Source: an uncultured Gemmatimonadaceae bacterium (GTDB taxonomy: Bacteria > Gemmatimonadota > Gemmatimonadetes > Gemmatimonadales > Gemmatimonadaceae). Taken from it: a stretch of DNA of 64,000 bases. The DNA lies in assembly GCA_963817955.1 (NCBI GenBank), contig CAWFQK010000004.1, positions 1,440,001-1,504,000 of the forward strand. The letters are read 5' to 3'. The notes beneath the pieces were generated by a model that had not been told where the DNA came from, ran no database searches, and saw only the letters and a list, made by a program, of their open reading frames with translations. Shown one piece after another: positions 9,935 to 18,062 of this stretch; position 1 is the first letter of the stretch; every line of letters starts with the position of its first letter. A program made the translations under genes and the position numbers.

Positions 9935-10263
9935 TGCAACCTCACACGGTAACCGATGGCGCGCTGCAGCAGATCGAGGATTTCGCTTGATCTGCCTTCG
10001 GGCTCCGCCGACCAATCGGGCGTGTTCAACGACAGGAGAATGGGCGTGGACTGCCGCGCAAGCTTGCGGCGGATGAACTCCGGTAGTGCCTGCACGACGG
10101 CCGGCTCTGCCACAACGATGCCGAGGTCCTCGTGCTGCAGGACCTCGGCGAGGCGAGCCACAGCCTCCTCGCGCGACTCGGTCTCGATAACCGGAATACC
10201 GGCGAGTGCAAAACCGGTAATGAGCGGGAATTCGCCAACCGCCAGCACCCGCATGCGGCTCAT
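9931..10263 (-). CDS. ntpF: V/A-type ATP synthase subunit F
   Basis: MSRMRVLAVGEFPLITGFALAGI...LLQRAIGYRVRL. Real start ATG 10263 lies inside the longer track ORF. Confidence 0.9.
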   Translation of the reverse strand: MSRMRVLAVGEFPLITGFALAGIPVIETESREEAVARLAEVLQHEDLGIVVAEPAVVQALPEFIRRKLARQSTPILLSLNTPDWSAEPEGRSSEILDLLQRAIGYRVRLQ

Positions 10264-11276
10264 GGGGTGACGAGGCGACTGATGATCCGCTTTCGCGGTA
10301 CCTGAAGCGTGATGCCCCAAATGATGCGCGCCAGATCCTGCAGCTCGGCGCGCAGCCGCAGCACGTATTCGAGCACCACCGATAACGAAAGTGGGTTGAG
10401 GCGTACGGTGCGTCGCAATTCGCGCAGCATCGCCGTAAGCATGGCACTCTCGTGCTCCTCGCCCCCCGATTCGGGAACAATTGGCGCCAGCACGGTGCCG
10501 CCGAAAATGCGCGCCAGACGAGCGCGAGCCTCGCTGGGCGTGCGTGCTGCCAGATCGTGAAACACTTCGAGTGTGATCAACTCTCCGCCTGGAATGAACA
10601 GCGCGTCGCGATCGTGCTCGAGCGCGCCGCCTGACGCCGCAATCGCGATACGCGCATTCTCGCCGTCGATCTGTAGCCTCACATAGCCCTCGAGCGGCTC
10701 GCCCAGATGTGCGGCAGCATCCAACGTGCGCTCCGCGTACTCGCGATCGATCGCGAGTTGCACCAGGAAGAGATCGGGGTGCGCGCGCATCGCTTCGCCC
10801 ATCATGGCACGACCGTACGGGTTGCCCCAGGCACTCAGCGTCGCGGCGACATCCTGCAGCCGCGGCTGCTGCGCCAACTCCTCCAGCGCAGCCAGGGGTA
10901 GCGCGGGCGTCGGAAGGAGACCGAGCACTCGTTGATCCGCCGGTGCATGGGATGCCACACCCCGGTTGATCGCGCGCAGGTTGCGTCGGTCCTCGTCTTC
11001 GAACAGCGGCGCGAGCGCCTCGACCCGGTCGCCGCACCATGCCGTAATGATCGTCAGGCGATCGCCGGCCACGCGCCGCGTGTCACGCTCGAGCTGCGCC
11101 GACGTCGGCACACCGCGATCGGCCGCGTGAGCGTATGCCGTCCCATCGAGGGCTCGCACGAGCGCCGGTATGTCGTGCGACGCAGCGAGCCGTTCGAGCT
11201 CGACACGCCCCATCAGGCGCGACGAGAGGCCACGCACCCGTGCGATCACATCGTCCCAGCTCGCTGTCGATATCAT
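10260..11276 (-). CDS. ntpC: V/A-type ATP synthase subunit C (AC39/d-like)
   Basis: ARVRGLSSRL, DRRNLRAINRG, FIPGG, PLSLSVVLEYVLRLRAELQDLARIIWG. Start ATG 11276. Confidence 0.9.
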   Translation of the reverse strand: MISTASWDDVIARVRGLSSRLMGRVELERLAASHDIPALVRALDGTAYAHAADRGVPTSAQLERDTRRVAGDRLTIITAWCGDRVEALAPLFEDEDRRNLRAINRGVASHAPADQRVLGLLPTPALPLAALEELAQQPRLQDVAATLSAWGNPYGRAMMGEAMRAHPDLFLVQLAIDREYAERTLDAAAHLGEPLEGYVRLQIDGENARIAIAASGGALEHDRDALFIPGGELITLEVFHDLAARTPSEARARLARIFGGTVLAPIVPESGGEEHESAMLTAMLRELRRTVRLNPLSLSVVLEYVLRLRAELQDLARIIWGITLQVPRKRIISRLVTP

Positions 11277-11848
11277 CCGGCCTCCACCGCGCGACATACG
11301 TCGATCGCGATCTGCGGGCGATTGGCGTTCAGCCACGCGTCCACGGTGTCTTCGATGATCACGTGTCCGCCGTCTCCGATCAACGTGAAGCCGGGCGGCG
11401 CGTTCGGCGATTCAGTCTTCCGCCACTGCGGCGTACTATCGATCGCGGTTCCGGACGGTACACGGGCTTCGACGTCCGTCGTGGCGGCGAATGTCACAAG
11501 CTCGGCGAGCCGGCGATGCATCGTGTCGCCATTCGCGGCATCGGCAAACCGCGGTGCGAGGCGCCGCCGTGCGCGCGCGCATACGCGATCGACCAAGGCG
11601 TGCTGCGCCTGTAGGAGCGCACCGCGGGCTGCACGCCGGGCGTCGGCGATGGCGTTGGCTTGGCGACGCATGGTTTCCGCTTCGCACTCGGCCAACGCGG
11701 TCGCGGTGCGGATCTGCGCGCGCGCCTCGGCCGCGTGTGACATAGCCTGCGCCTGTGCGTCCGCGTCGCGACGCACCTGCTCGAGCTCCGCCTGTGCACG
11801 ATCGCCAAGTTCGGCCAGCAGGCGATCGAGGTGTGTATCGTCCGTCAC
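11273..11848 (-). CDS. ntpE: V/A-type ATP synthase subunit E
   Basis: N-terminal coiled coil, then GFTLIGDGGHVIIEDTVDAWL. Lies between K and C. Confidence 0.8.
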   Translation of the reverse strand: MTDDTHLDRLLAELGDRAQAELEQVRRDADAQAQAMSHAAEARAQIRTATALAECEAETMRRQANAIADARRAARGALLQAQHALVDRVCARARRRLAPRFADAANGDTMHRRLAELVTFAATTDVEARVPSGTAIDSTPQWRKTESPNAPPGFTLIGDGGHVIIEDTVDAWLNANRPQIAIDVCRAVEAG

Positions 11849-12073
11849 TCAGGCCCCTCCGCCCCGCAGCACGATCATGACGGCGACCACGAATCCAAGG
11901 ATGGCGACCGTCTCTGGAATGGCGATCATGATCACCACGGTGGTACTGATCTCCGGCTTCTCGGCGAGGGCGGCGGCGCTTGCCGCGCCGATGCGTGACT
12001 GCGCCCACGCAGTCGCCAACGCCGCCACACTCATGACGAGCGCGGCGCTGATCGGAACCCACAACACGGTCAT
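11849..12073 (-). CDS. ntpK: V/A-type ATP synthase proteolipid subunit K (single hairpin, 74 aa)
   Basis: AWAQSRIGAASAAALAEKPE...IAIPETVAILGFVVA with the conserved Glu. ATG 12073 overlaps the subunit I stop. Confidence 0.93.
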   Translation of the reverse strand: MTVLWVPISAALVMSVAALATAWAQSRIGAASAAALAEKPEISTTVVIMIAIPETVAILGFVVAVMIVLRGGGA

Positions 12074-13968
12074 GATGGTCCTTTCGCCGTCACGGCGTGC
12101 CGCGGCTGACGATGCTGAAAGGGCTGATACGCCCTGCCGCCGGGGCTGTAGAATTGTTTGAAGAACTCCACGTAATGCAGGCGCAGCGCGTGGATGGTCG
12201 GGCTGAACAGGCCCATCGCGAAATTCACGAGGTGAAAGAGCAACCCGAAGAGCACGCCGACGAGCGCACTCCCGAACATGCCGACCATGTCGTTGGCGAC
12301 ACTGGCCAGTAACACCGATGCGGTACCAAGTGCCATGATGCGGACGTAGGACAACACGCTGGACAACGTCGAGAAGAACTCGATGGGCGCAACGATCCCC
12401 TCCAGGAATAACAACACGGGGAATCCGATCAGGACCGTAATGCCCAGTGGACCAAAGAGCCGCGCCGGCAGTACGTCGACGGCGGAGAGCAGCGCGAGAA
12501 CGATCAACACCATCATGGCGAGCTGCACGGCGCGGCTCGTTGCGACGCGCGGCTTGCTGCGGGCTTGGAGCATGCTCAACACCAGTCCGAGCACGGTGTG
12601 CGCGACTCCGACCCCTACGGCCACGAGCACCGCGGCGACGATTGCGTTCTCGCGGTCGAACAACACTGGCCGCAGGCCGAGCCACCGGCGACCGAGATTC
12701 CCGAACAGCTCGCCGAACAGGACGCCGAAGATGATGGCGAAGACCGCCGCCGACAGCGCAATCCGCGCCACGGTATTCCACAACGATGGTGGCTTGGCGC
12801 GCCAGAGAAGAACCGACGCGATGGCCGCCAGCACGACGCCATAGCCGATGTCGCCCAGGATCAAGCCGAACAGCATCGGAAAGCCGACGGCGACGAAGGG
12901 CGTCGGGTCGATCGATCCGTACCGTGGGAGGGGCAGGAACGCTGTGAGTGTCTCGAACGGTCGAAAGAGCCTTGGATTTGAAAGCACGACGGGGGCATCG
13001 TCGCTACGCCATTCTCCCCGCGCCAGCTCCTCGAGCACGATGTCGCCGCCGAGCCGTTGCTCGAAGACGGCGCGCAAGCGAGGCATGTCGCGCTGCGGAA
13101 TCCATCCCTCGATCGCGAAGGCATGTCGTGTCGCCGCTGAGCATTCCGCCGCTGCTGCGCCCGTCAGCCGATCCTGCGTCGTCGCCGCGATCCGCTGCAA
13201 CTCCGCGCCTGCGTCGGCGGCGAGGCTCGCGCGTGCCTTCAGAACCTCGTCGGTGGCGTGTGGAATCTCGCCGAGGCGCTCGAGAATTCGCGGCGCTGCC
13301 TGCGTGAGTGACTGATCGGCATAGCCAGTCGGCAGCGGCACTTCGGCAATCTTCACGACGCCGAACGCATGATCCATCTTCTCCCGCGCCGCCGCAGGCA
13401 CGGCAATGAGCGCAGCCGTGTCGCCGTTGGGAAGCGTGCGCGCGGTGACGCTCACCTCCACATTGAGCTCGGCACGTAACGCATCGCTGAGTTTCTGCAC
13501 GCGGTCGCGATCGGCACCCGGGAGCGTCACGCCGTACACACGCAGATGCTGCGCGTCCGCGAGCTGGGCGATCAACGCGCGAAACGCTTCGAGGAAGTCC
13601 TGATAGCGGCTGAGCAGCGTACGTTCATCCTCCAGCGTCTGCCGCTGAACACGGAGACGCTCCGCCGAGAGGCGTACGCGACGGGCCCGCCGGGCCCAGC
13701 GGGCGAGTTGCGGGCGCTCAGTCGCCGTGAGCTCACCGGGTTGCTGCGCGATGCCAAGCAACTCCATGGCCGCCGTTGCGTCGGCAAGGATGCGCCGGAG
13801 TGCTCGTTGCTCTCGCTCGGCGCGGCGATCCCGGACGGCAGCTTCCAGACCGTCTTCCGAAGGGAGCTTATCGAGTTGGACGCGGCCGAAGTCCTGCAAT
13901 ACGTCCAGCGTTCCGGGCAAACGATCGCGTGGCCCAATGATCCGAATCCGCGACATGGGGAGAATCAT
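12070..13968 (-). CDS. ntpI: V/A-type ATP synthase subunit I
   Basis: FAIEGWIP, LPRYGSIDPT, FGLILGDIGYG, essential Arg in LSYVRIMALG, HALRLHYVEFFKQFY. Start ATG 13968. Confidence 0.96.
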   Translation of the reverse strand: MILPMSRIRIIGPRDRLPGTLDVLQDFGRVQLDKLPSEDGLEAAVRDRRAEREQRALRRILADATAAMELLGIAQQPGELTATERPQLARWARRARRVRLSAERLRVQRQTLEDERTLLSRYQDFLEAFRALIAQLADAQHLRVYGVTLPGADRDRVQKLSDALRAELNVEVSVTARTLPNGDTAALIAVPAAAREKMDHAFGVVKIAEVPLPTGYADQSLTQAAPRILERLGEIPHATDEVLKARASLAADAGAELQRIAATTQDRLTGAAAAECSAATRHAFAIEGWIPQRDMPRLRAVFEQRLGGDIVLEELARGEWRSDDAPVVLSNPRLFRPFETLTAFLPLPRYGSIDPTPFVAVGFPMLFGLILGDIGYGVVLAAIASVLLWRAKPPSLWNTVARIALSAAVFAIIFGVLFGELFGNLGRRWLGLRPVLFDRENAIVAAVLVAVGVGVAHTVLGLVLSMLQARSKPRVATSRAVQLAMMVLIVLALLSAVDVLPARLFGPLGITVLIGFPVLLFLEGIVAPIEFFSTLSSVLSYVRIMALGTASVLLASVANDMVGMFGSALVGVLFGLLFHLVNFAMGLFSPTIHALRLHYVEFFKQFYSPGGRAYQPFQHRQPRHAVTAKGPS

Positions 13969-14324
13969 GGGATCCTCGCCGCGGCGGCAAACCAAGGCGT
14001 GCGATCGCCAATATCATCAGCGAGGCGGTCGATGAGCGCGTCGGGGGCGTGGACGTAGCGCTCTGTTTGCGCCTCGAATGACGCCTGGACCTCGGCGACG
14101 GCCGCGGCGAGGCGCGCATCGAGCTCGCGCTGTCGCTCAGCGACGCAGTGCCGGATATCTTCGTCGGCCCGCAGTTCGCGTTCTGCAGCATCGGCTTGGG
14201 CGCGCACGACGACGGCGCGCATATCGGCGCGAGCCGCGTCGAGCGACTGCTGCCATCCGCGTTCGGCTTCGACGAGCCGAGCGACGCCGCCGTGGATCGT
14301 TCGTGGGCCTTTGTCGGTGTGCAT
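13965..14324 (-). CDS. Putative V/A-type ATP synthase subunit G/H (peripheral stalk)
   Basis: About 119-aa Ala/Glu/Arg coiled coil (VARLVEAER...) as first gene of the operon. Stop overlaps the ntpI ATG. Start uncertain. Confidence 0.65.
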   Translation of the reverse strand: MHTDKGPRTIHGGVARLVEAERGWQQSLDAARADMRAVVVRAQADAAERELRADEDIRHCVAERQRELDARLAAAVAEVQASFEAQTERYVHAPDALIDRLADDIGDRTPWFAAAARIP

Positions 14325-14414
14325 GAACGGCAGTTTCGAGCACGCGTCGCGCACCCGGCGACGCTTACGTCTGATGCGCTCGTGAACGGTACGTTCGTGA
14401 GTATTGCGAGCCAC

Positions 14415-14538
14415 CGGGAAACCGCCTGATTGCCGTCGGCGACTCCCTGACCGCTAATTGTGTCAGCGATTCCCCTATCTGGCTTGACCACGAAAACCGC
14501 AAGAGGAGAAACCACACCAAACAGGAGCGATTCCCCTA
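14415..14538. promoter_or_regulatory. Cluster of putative regulator boxes upstream of the V-ATPase operon
   Basis: CGGGA-AACCG-CCTGA (14415), TCGGC-GACTC-CCTGA (14436), TCAGC-GATTC-CCCTA (14463), GGAGC-GATTC-CCCTA (14524). Exact 13-bp repeat AGCGATTCCCCTA at 14465 and 14526. Confidence 0.62.
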
Positions 14539-14618
14539 CTGGCCGCCAAGATTGGATAACCGACATTAGGTGGCAGGTTGACGAAGGGTCGACCGTCTAT
14601 TTCGTGTCAGGAGGATCT

Positions 14619-14828
14619 ATGGGTGGGGCACCAGTAGTAATTGCCCTTGTAGGACTCGTCATTCCGATCACACTCCTGCTTGCGGCGCTCGTCTTTGATG
14701 TCGTCGTTATGGTGTGGGCGTTGTTCCGGTGGTGGAATGATTCGCTGAGTCCCCGTGTCGTTGGGGTGCTCCGCGTAGTGGCCGGGCGGTATCGTCGCGC
14801 CCAACCCCTAGCGAGCGTCCCCTACTAA
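14619..14828 (+). CDS. Small membrane protein (69 aa), unknown function
   Basis: GGAGG RBS at 14610-14614, ATG 14619, long hydrophobic N-terminus and basic tail. Confidence 0.6.
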   Translation: MGGAPVVIALVGLVIPITLLLAALVFDVVVMVWALFRWWNDSLSPRVVGVLRVVAGRYRRAQPLASVPY

Positions 14829-14944
14829 CTAAGGGACTTGTTGTTTGGGTCGCGGCAAACGCCCGACGGCCGCCCCAGGGTGCACCTGATGCCGAGAGCG
14901 CTGTAGCACCGATACCATCCGGCGCAACGCCCTCGGCTCTAGGC

Positions 14945-15113
14945 ATGCCCAACCTCGAGCTGGCCTTGATGACCAGCCTTCTACTCGGAATTCGTCACGC
15001 CACCGTCCCGGACCACATCGGGCGTCGTCAGCATGCCCTTCGGGATCTATCTCACCTGGAAGATTGACTCCGGCAATGGCCTATTCACCGGCCGGCGGCC
15101 GTGTTCGCCGTGA
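14945..15113 (+). pseudogene. Internally deleted high-affinity nickel transporter (NiCoT/UreH-like) remnant
   Basis: ATG 14945 gives MPNLELALMTSLLLGIRHATVPDHI (RHAxDxDH-type motif). From 15021, in another frame, GVVSMPFGIYLTWKIDSGNGLFTG...stop resembles the family C-terminus. Confidence 0.65.
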
Positions 15114-15160
15114 GCCGGCGGCTTGCTACTACTATAGGAAAGAGTGGCGGTCAAATACCC

Positions 15161-15175
15161 CCGGTATTTCCCCTA
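15161..15175. promoter_or_regulatory. Putative regulator box upstream of the ccm operon
   Basis: CCGGT-ATTTC-CCCTA, with a CCTGA half-site 22 bp after the CCCTA half-site. Confidence 0.45.
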
Positions 15176-15277
15176 CAGGCCGGCCCCGCGCACCTGACAG
15201 ATTCTCACCCCCCTCGGACATAGGTTCGGCCGCATAACGCAGTTGCAGCCGTTCTTCCGTGGCTTGCGGAGTACAGG

Positions 15278-16009
15278 ATGCCAGCCCTTCCCAGTTCCGT
15301 CGCAGGATCCGCCGACGCGGGATGCGCGATCGATCTGCACGAAATCGCGCAACGTCTCGGGCACTCCTGGGCATTGCGCGGAGTAACGCTCGAAATACCC
15401 CCCGGTGAACTCGTAGCGATCGTTGGGCACAACGGCAGCGGCAAGACGACGCTGCTACGTGTCATCGCGACGGCCTTGCGCGCCACACGCGGACGGGGGA
15501 CGGTCTTTGGTCACGACCTGCGGCGCGACGCGAACGCCGTGCGCGGGATCAGCTCCATGTTGACGTACGGCGCCGGTCTATACGGCGACCTGAGTGCCGT
15601 GGAAAATCTCACGTTCGCGCAGCGCATGGCCGGCGAGCCACTCGACATGACCGTGCTGCGCCAAGTCCTCGACCACGTGGGTCTTGCCAAGGCGGCGGAT
15701 GCACGCGTGAGAACGTTCTCGTCCGGCATGCAACGCCGCGCCTCTCTCGCGCGGCTATTTCTGCGGCCAACGCCGCTCGTGCTGCTCGACGAACCTTACA
15801 ATAGCCTTGATCCGGGCGGCGGACGCCTTGTCGACGAGCTGTTGCTCGGGGTGCGGGCTCGCCAGGGTGTCGGCCTGGTGGTCCTCCACGATCTCGACCG
15901 AAGCGGCGTCGCCTTTGATCGCATAGTGGAATTGCGACAGGGACGCGTGGTGCTGGTGGAACAGCGTACCGCGGAGCCTCTTGTCCAGCGCGTCCTGGCG
16001 CGGGCATGA
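15278..16009 (+). CDS. ccmA: Cytochrome c maturation ABC ATPase CcmA
   Basis: Walker A GHNGSGKTT, signature FSSGMQRR, Walker B LLDEP. First gene of the ccm cluster. Confidence 0.93.
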   Translation: MPALPSSVAGSADAGCAIDLHEIAQRLGHSWALRGVTLEIPPGELVAIVGHNGSGKTTLLRVIATALRATRGRGTVFGHDLRRDANAVRGISSMLTYGAGLYGDLSAVENLTFAQRMAGEPLDMTVLRQVLDHVGLAKAADARVRTFSSGMQRRASLARLFLRPTPLVLLDEPYNSLDPGGGRLVDELLLGVRARQGVGLVVLHDLDRSGVAFDRIVELRQGRVVLVEQRTAEPLVQRVLARA

Positions 16010-16698
16010 GTATGTCGCTTATGCGAGAGTTGGGGCGGGCCCGCGCCATGGCTTGGAAGGATCTTCGGACCGAGCGGCGCTCTGCCGCCAACTTCAGCGG
16101 CGTGTTGTTCCTTGCGCTTCTCATGTTGCTGCTGTTCGGTTTTGCCCTCGGACCCGACGCGCAGGCCCTGCGCGACACGGCGGGCGGTATCATCTGGCTA
16201 TCGATCCTGTTCAGCGGGGTGCTGGCGTTCAACCGCTCCTACCAGATCGAACTGGACGACGGTGCGTTCGAGACGCTCCTGCTGTATCCCGGCGCACGAT
16301 GGCCGATTTTCATCGGCAAGCTCACGGCGAACCTGGCGTTCGTGCTCGCGGTTGAACTCGTGGTCGTGCCGCTTGCGGCGGTGCTCTTTCACGTCAACAT
16401 GACGAACGCCGTCCCGCAGCTCGCCGCGGTCCTGCTGCTCGGCACCTTCGGATTTGTGACGCTCGGCACCTTCTACGCCGCGGTCGCCAGTCGCACGCGT
16501 GCCCGCGAAGTGCTACTGCCTCTGCTACTCCTGCCCATGCTCGTCCCGGTGCTCATCGCCGCCGCGAAGGCGACGTCAGCGCTGACGAGCGGCGACATCA
16601 TGGGCGATATGCGTTCTTGGGTCAGTCTATTACTGGCCTTCGACCTGATCTTCTTCACCGCGTCGCTCGCGGTATACGACGTCGTCATCGCTGGATGA
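16006..16698 (+). CDS. ccmB: Heme exporter protein CcmB
   Basis: WKDLRTERRS, ELDDGAFETLLL, REVLLPLLLLP, about six TM segments. Confidence 0.94.
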   Translation: MSMSLMRELGRARAMAWKDLRTERRSAANFSGVLFLALLMLLLFGFALGPDAQALRDTAGGIIWLSILFSGVLAFNRSYQIELDDGAFETLLLYPGARWPIFIGKLTANLAFVLAVELVVVPLAAVLFHVNMTNAVPQLAAVLLLGTFGFVTLGTFYAAVASRTRAREVLLPLLLLPMLVPVLIAAAKATSALTSGDIMGDMRSWVSLLLAFDLIFFTASLAVYDVVIAG

Positions 16699-16723
16699 CC
16701 CAACGGGAACAGAGGGGAGATTC

Positions 16724-17479
16724 ATGACACGGGATTTCGCAGTCCAACTCGAGGGCGATCCGGTCGCCGTCGCGGAGCCGCGATGGCTCATGCCGTTAGG
16801 CATTTTTGCGCTCCTCGCGATGGCGGCGGCACAGGCCTACGGCGTCATCACGTCGCCGCCCGATCGTGACATGGGCAACCTGCAGAAGATCATGTACGTC
16901 CACGTGCCCGCGGCGGAGACGGCGTTCCTCTGCTTCTTCATCGTGCTGGTGGAAAGCGTCCGCTACCTCTGGACCTCCGCCGAGCGCCACGACCTGATCG
17001 CCGCTGCCGCCGCCGAGACGGGCGCCGTGCTCACCGCGCTCACATTGATGCTCGGCTCCATTTGGGGTCGCCCAACATGGGGCGTGTGGTGGACCTGGGA
17101 CGCACGCCTGACGTCGACGGCGGTGCTGCTTGTCGTGTTCGTTGGCTATCTCGTGCTGCGCGCCGTCACCGATGATCCCGAGCGCCGGGCCAAGTGGAGT
17201 GCCGCCATCGGCATCCTCGGCGCACTGAACGTACCGATCGTCTACATGTCCGTAAAATGGTGGCGCACGCTGCACCAGATGTCGTCCACGCCAAGCACGC
17301 TGTCGCCGGCGTACGTCATGAGTCTTCGTCTCACCCGCGTCGCGGCAATGCTCGTTGCCATCTACTTTGTCGCACGCCGTTACTACACCGCTCGTCTCGA
17401 ACGCGACAACGAGCAGGCCGCCGATTCCGCGGCGCTTGCCGGCGTCGAAGCCGAGGTTCTGGAGGAGAGTCATGTCTGA
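16724..17479 (+). CDS. ccmC: Heme exporter protein CcmC
   Basis: IMYVHVP, WWD domain WGRPTWGVWWTWDARLT, WWRTLHQ. Confidence 0.96.
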   Translation: MTRDFAVQLEGDPVAVAEPRWLMPLGIFALLAMAAAQAYGVITSPPDRDMGNLQKIMYVHVPAAETAFLCFFIVLVESVRYLWTSAERHDLIAAAAAETGAVLTALTLMLGSIWGRPTWGVWWTWDARLTSTAVLLVVFVGYLVLRAVTDDPERRAKWSAAIGILGALNVPIVYMSVKWWRTLHQMSSTPSTLSPAYVMSLRLTRVAAMLVAIYFVARRYYTARLERDNEQAADSAALAGVEAEVLEESHV

Positions 17480-17603
17480 GATGCCCTACGTCGTCGCCGC
17501 CTACGCGGTCACCTGGGTGGTGATCCTCGGATACGCTGGATACCTGGCGGCGCGCACGCGCCAGGCGAAGCGGCTGGCCGGCCATCATTCCAACGGGGGC
17601 TGA
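17472..17603 (+). CDS. ccmD: Heme exporter protein CcmD (43 aa)
   Basis: MSEMPYVVAAYAVTWVVILGYAGYL plus basic tail, GGAGG RBS, between ccmC and ccmE. Confidence 0.82.
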   Translation: MSEMPYVVAAYAVTWVVILGYAGYLAARTRQAKRLAGHHSNGG

Positions 17604-17606
17604 GCC

Positions 17607-18062
17607 ATGGCGACGAAGACGCGCAAGCGTATCGCGCAGGTCGGCGCCCTGGTAGTAGTTCTCGGGACGTTCGGCTGGCTGCTCTACGGCGGCATCGGCA
17701 ATAACCTGGTGTACTTCCTCACGCCGGGTGAGCTGCTTGCCAAAGGCACCGCGGCAATGGACGTGCCGGTGCGCCTCGGCGGACAGATCGTACCGGGATC
17801 GGTCACATGGAACGCGCAGACACTCGATCTTCGCTTCCGCGTCACCGACGGCACGAAGGAAGTGTCGGTACGCTCAACGGGCGCTCCGCCGCAGATGTTC
17901 CGTCCCGGAATCGGCGTCATCGTGGAAGGACGGTACGATCGCAGCGGATTGTTCCAGGCGACCACGCTCATGGTGCGCCACTCGAACGAGTACCATCCAC
18001 CCGCCGCCGGCCATTCGCCGAAGGAAGTGTACAAGACGCTGATCAAGGGGAACGCCTCATGA
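17607..18062 (+). CDS. ccmE: Heme chaperone CcmE
   Basis: NLVYFLTP, VRLGG, PPQMFRPG..VIVEG, heme-binding HxxxY (HSNEY). Confidence 0.95.
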   Translation: MATKTRKRIAQVGALVVVLGTFGWLLYGGIGNNLVYFLTPGELLAKGTAAMDVPVRLGGQIVPGSVTWNAQTLDLRFRVTDGTKEVSVRSTGAPPQMFRPGIGVIVEGRYDRSGLFQATTLMVRHSNEYHPPAAGHSPKEVYKTLIKGNAS

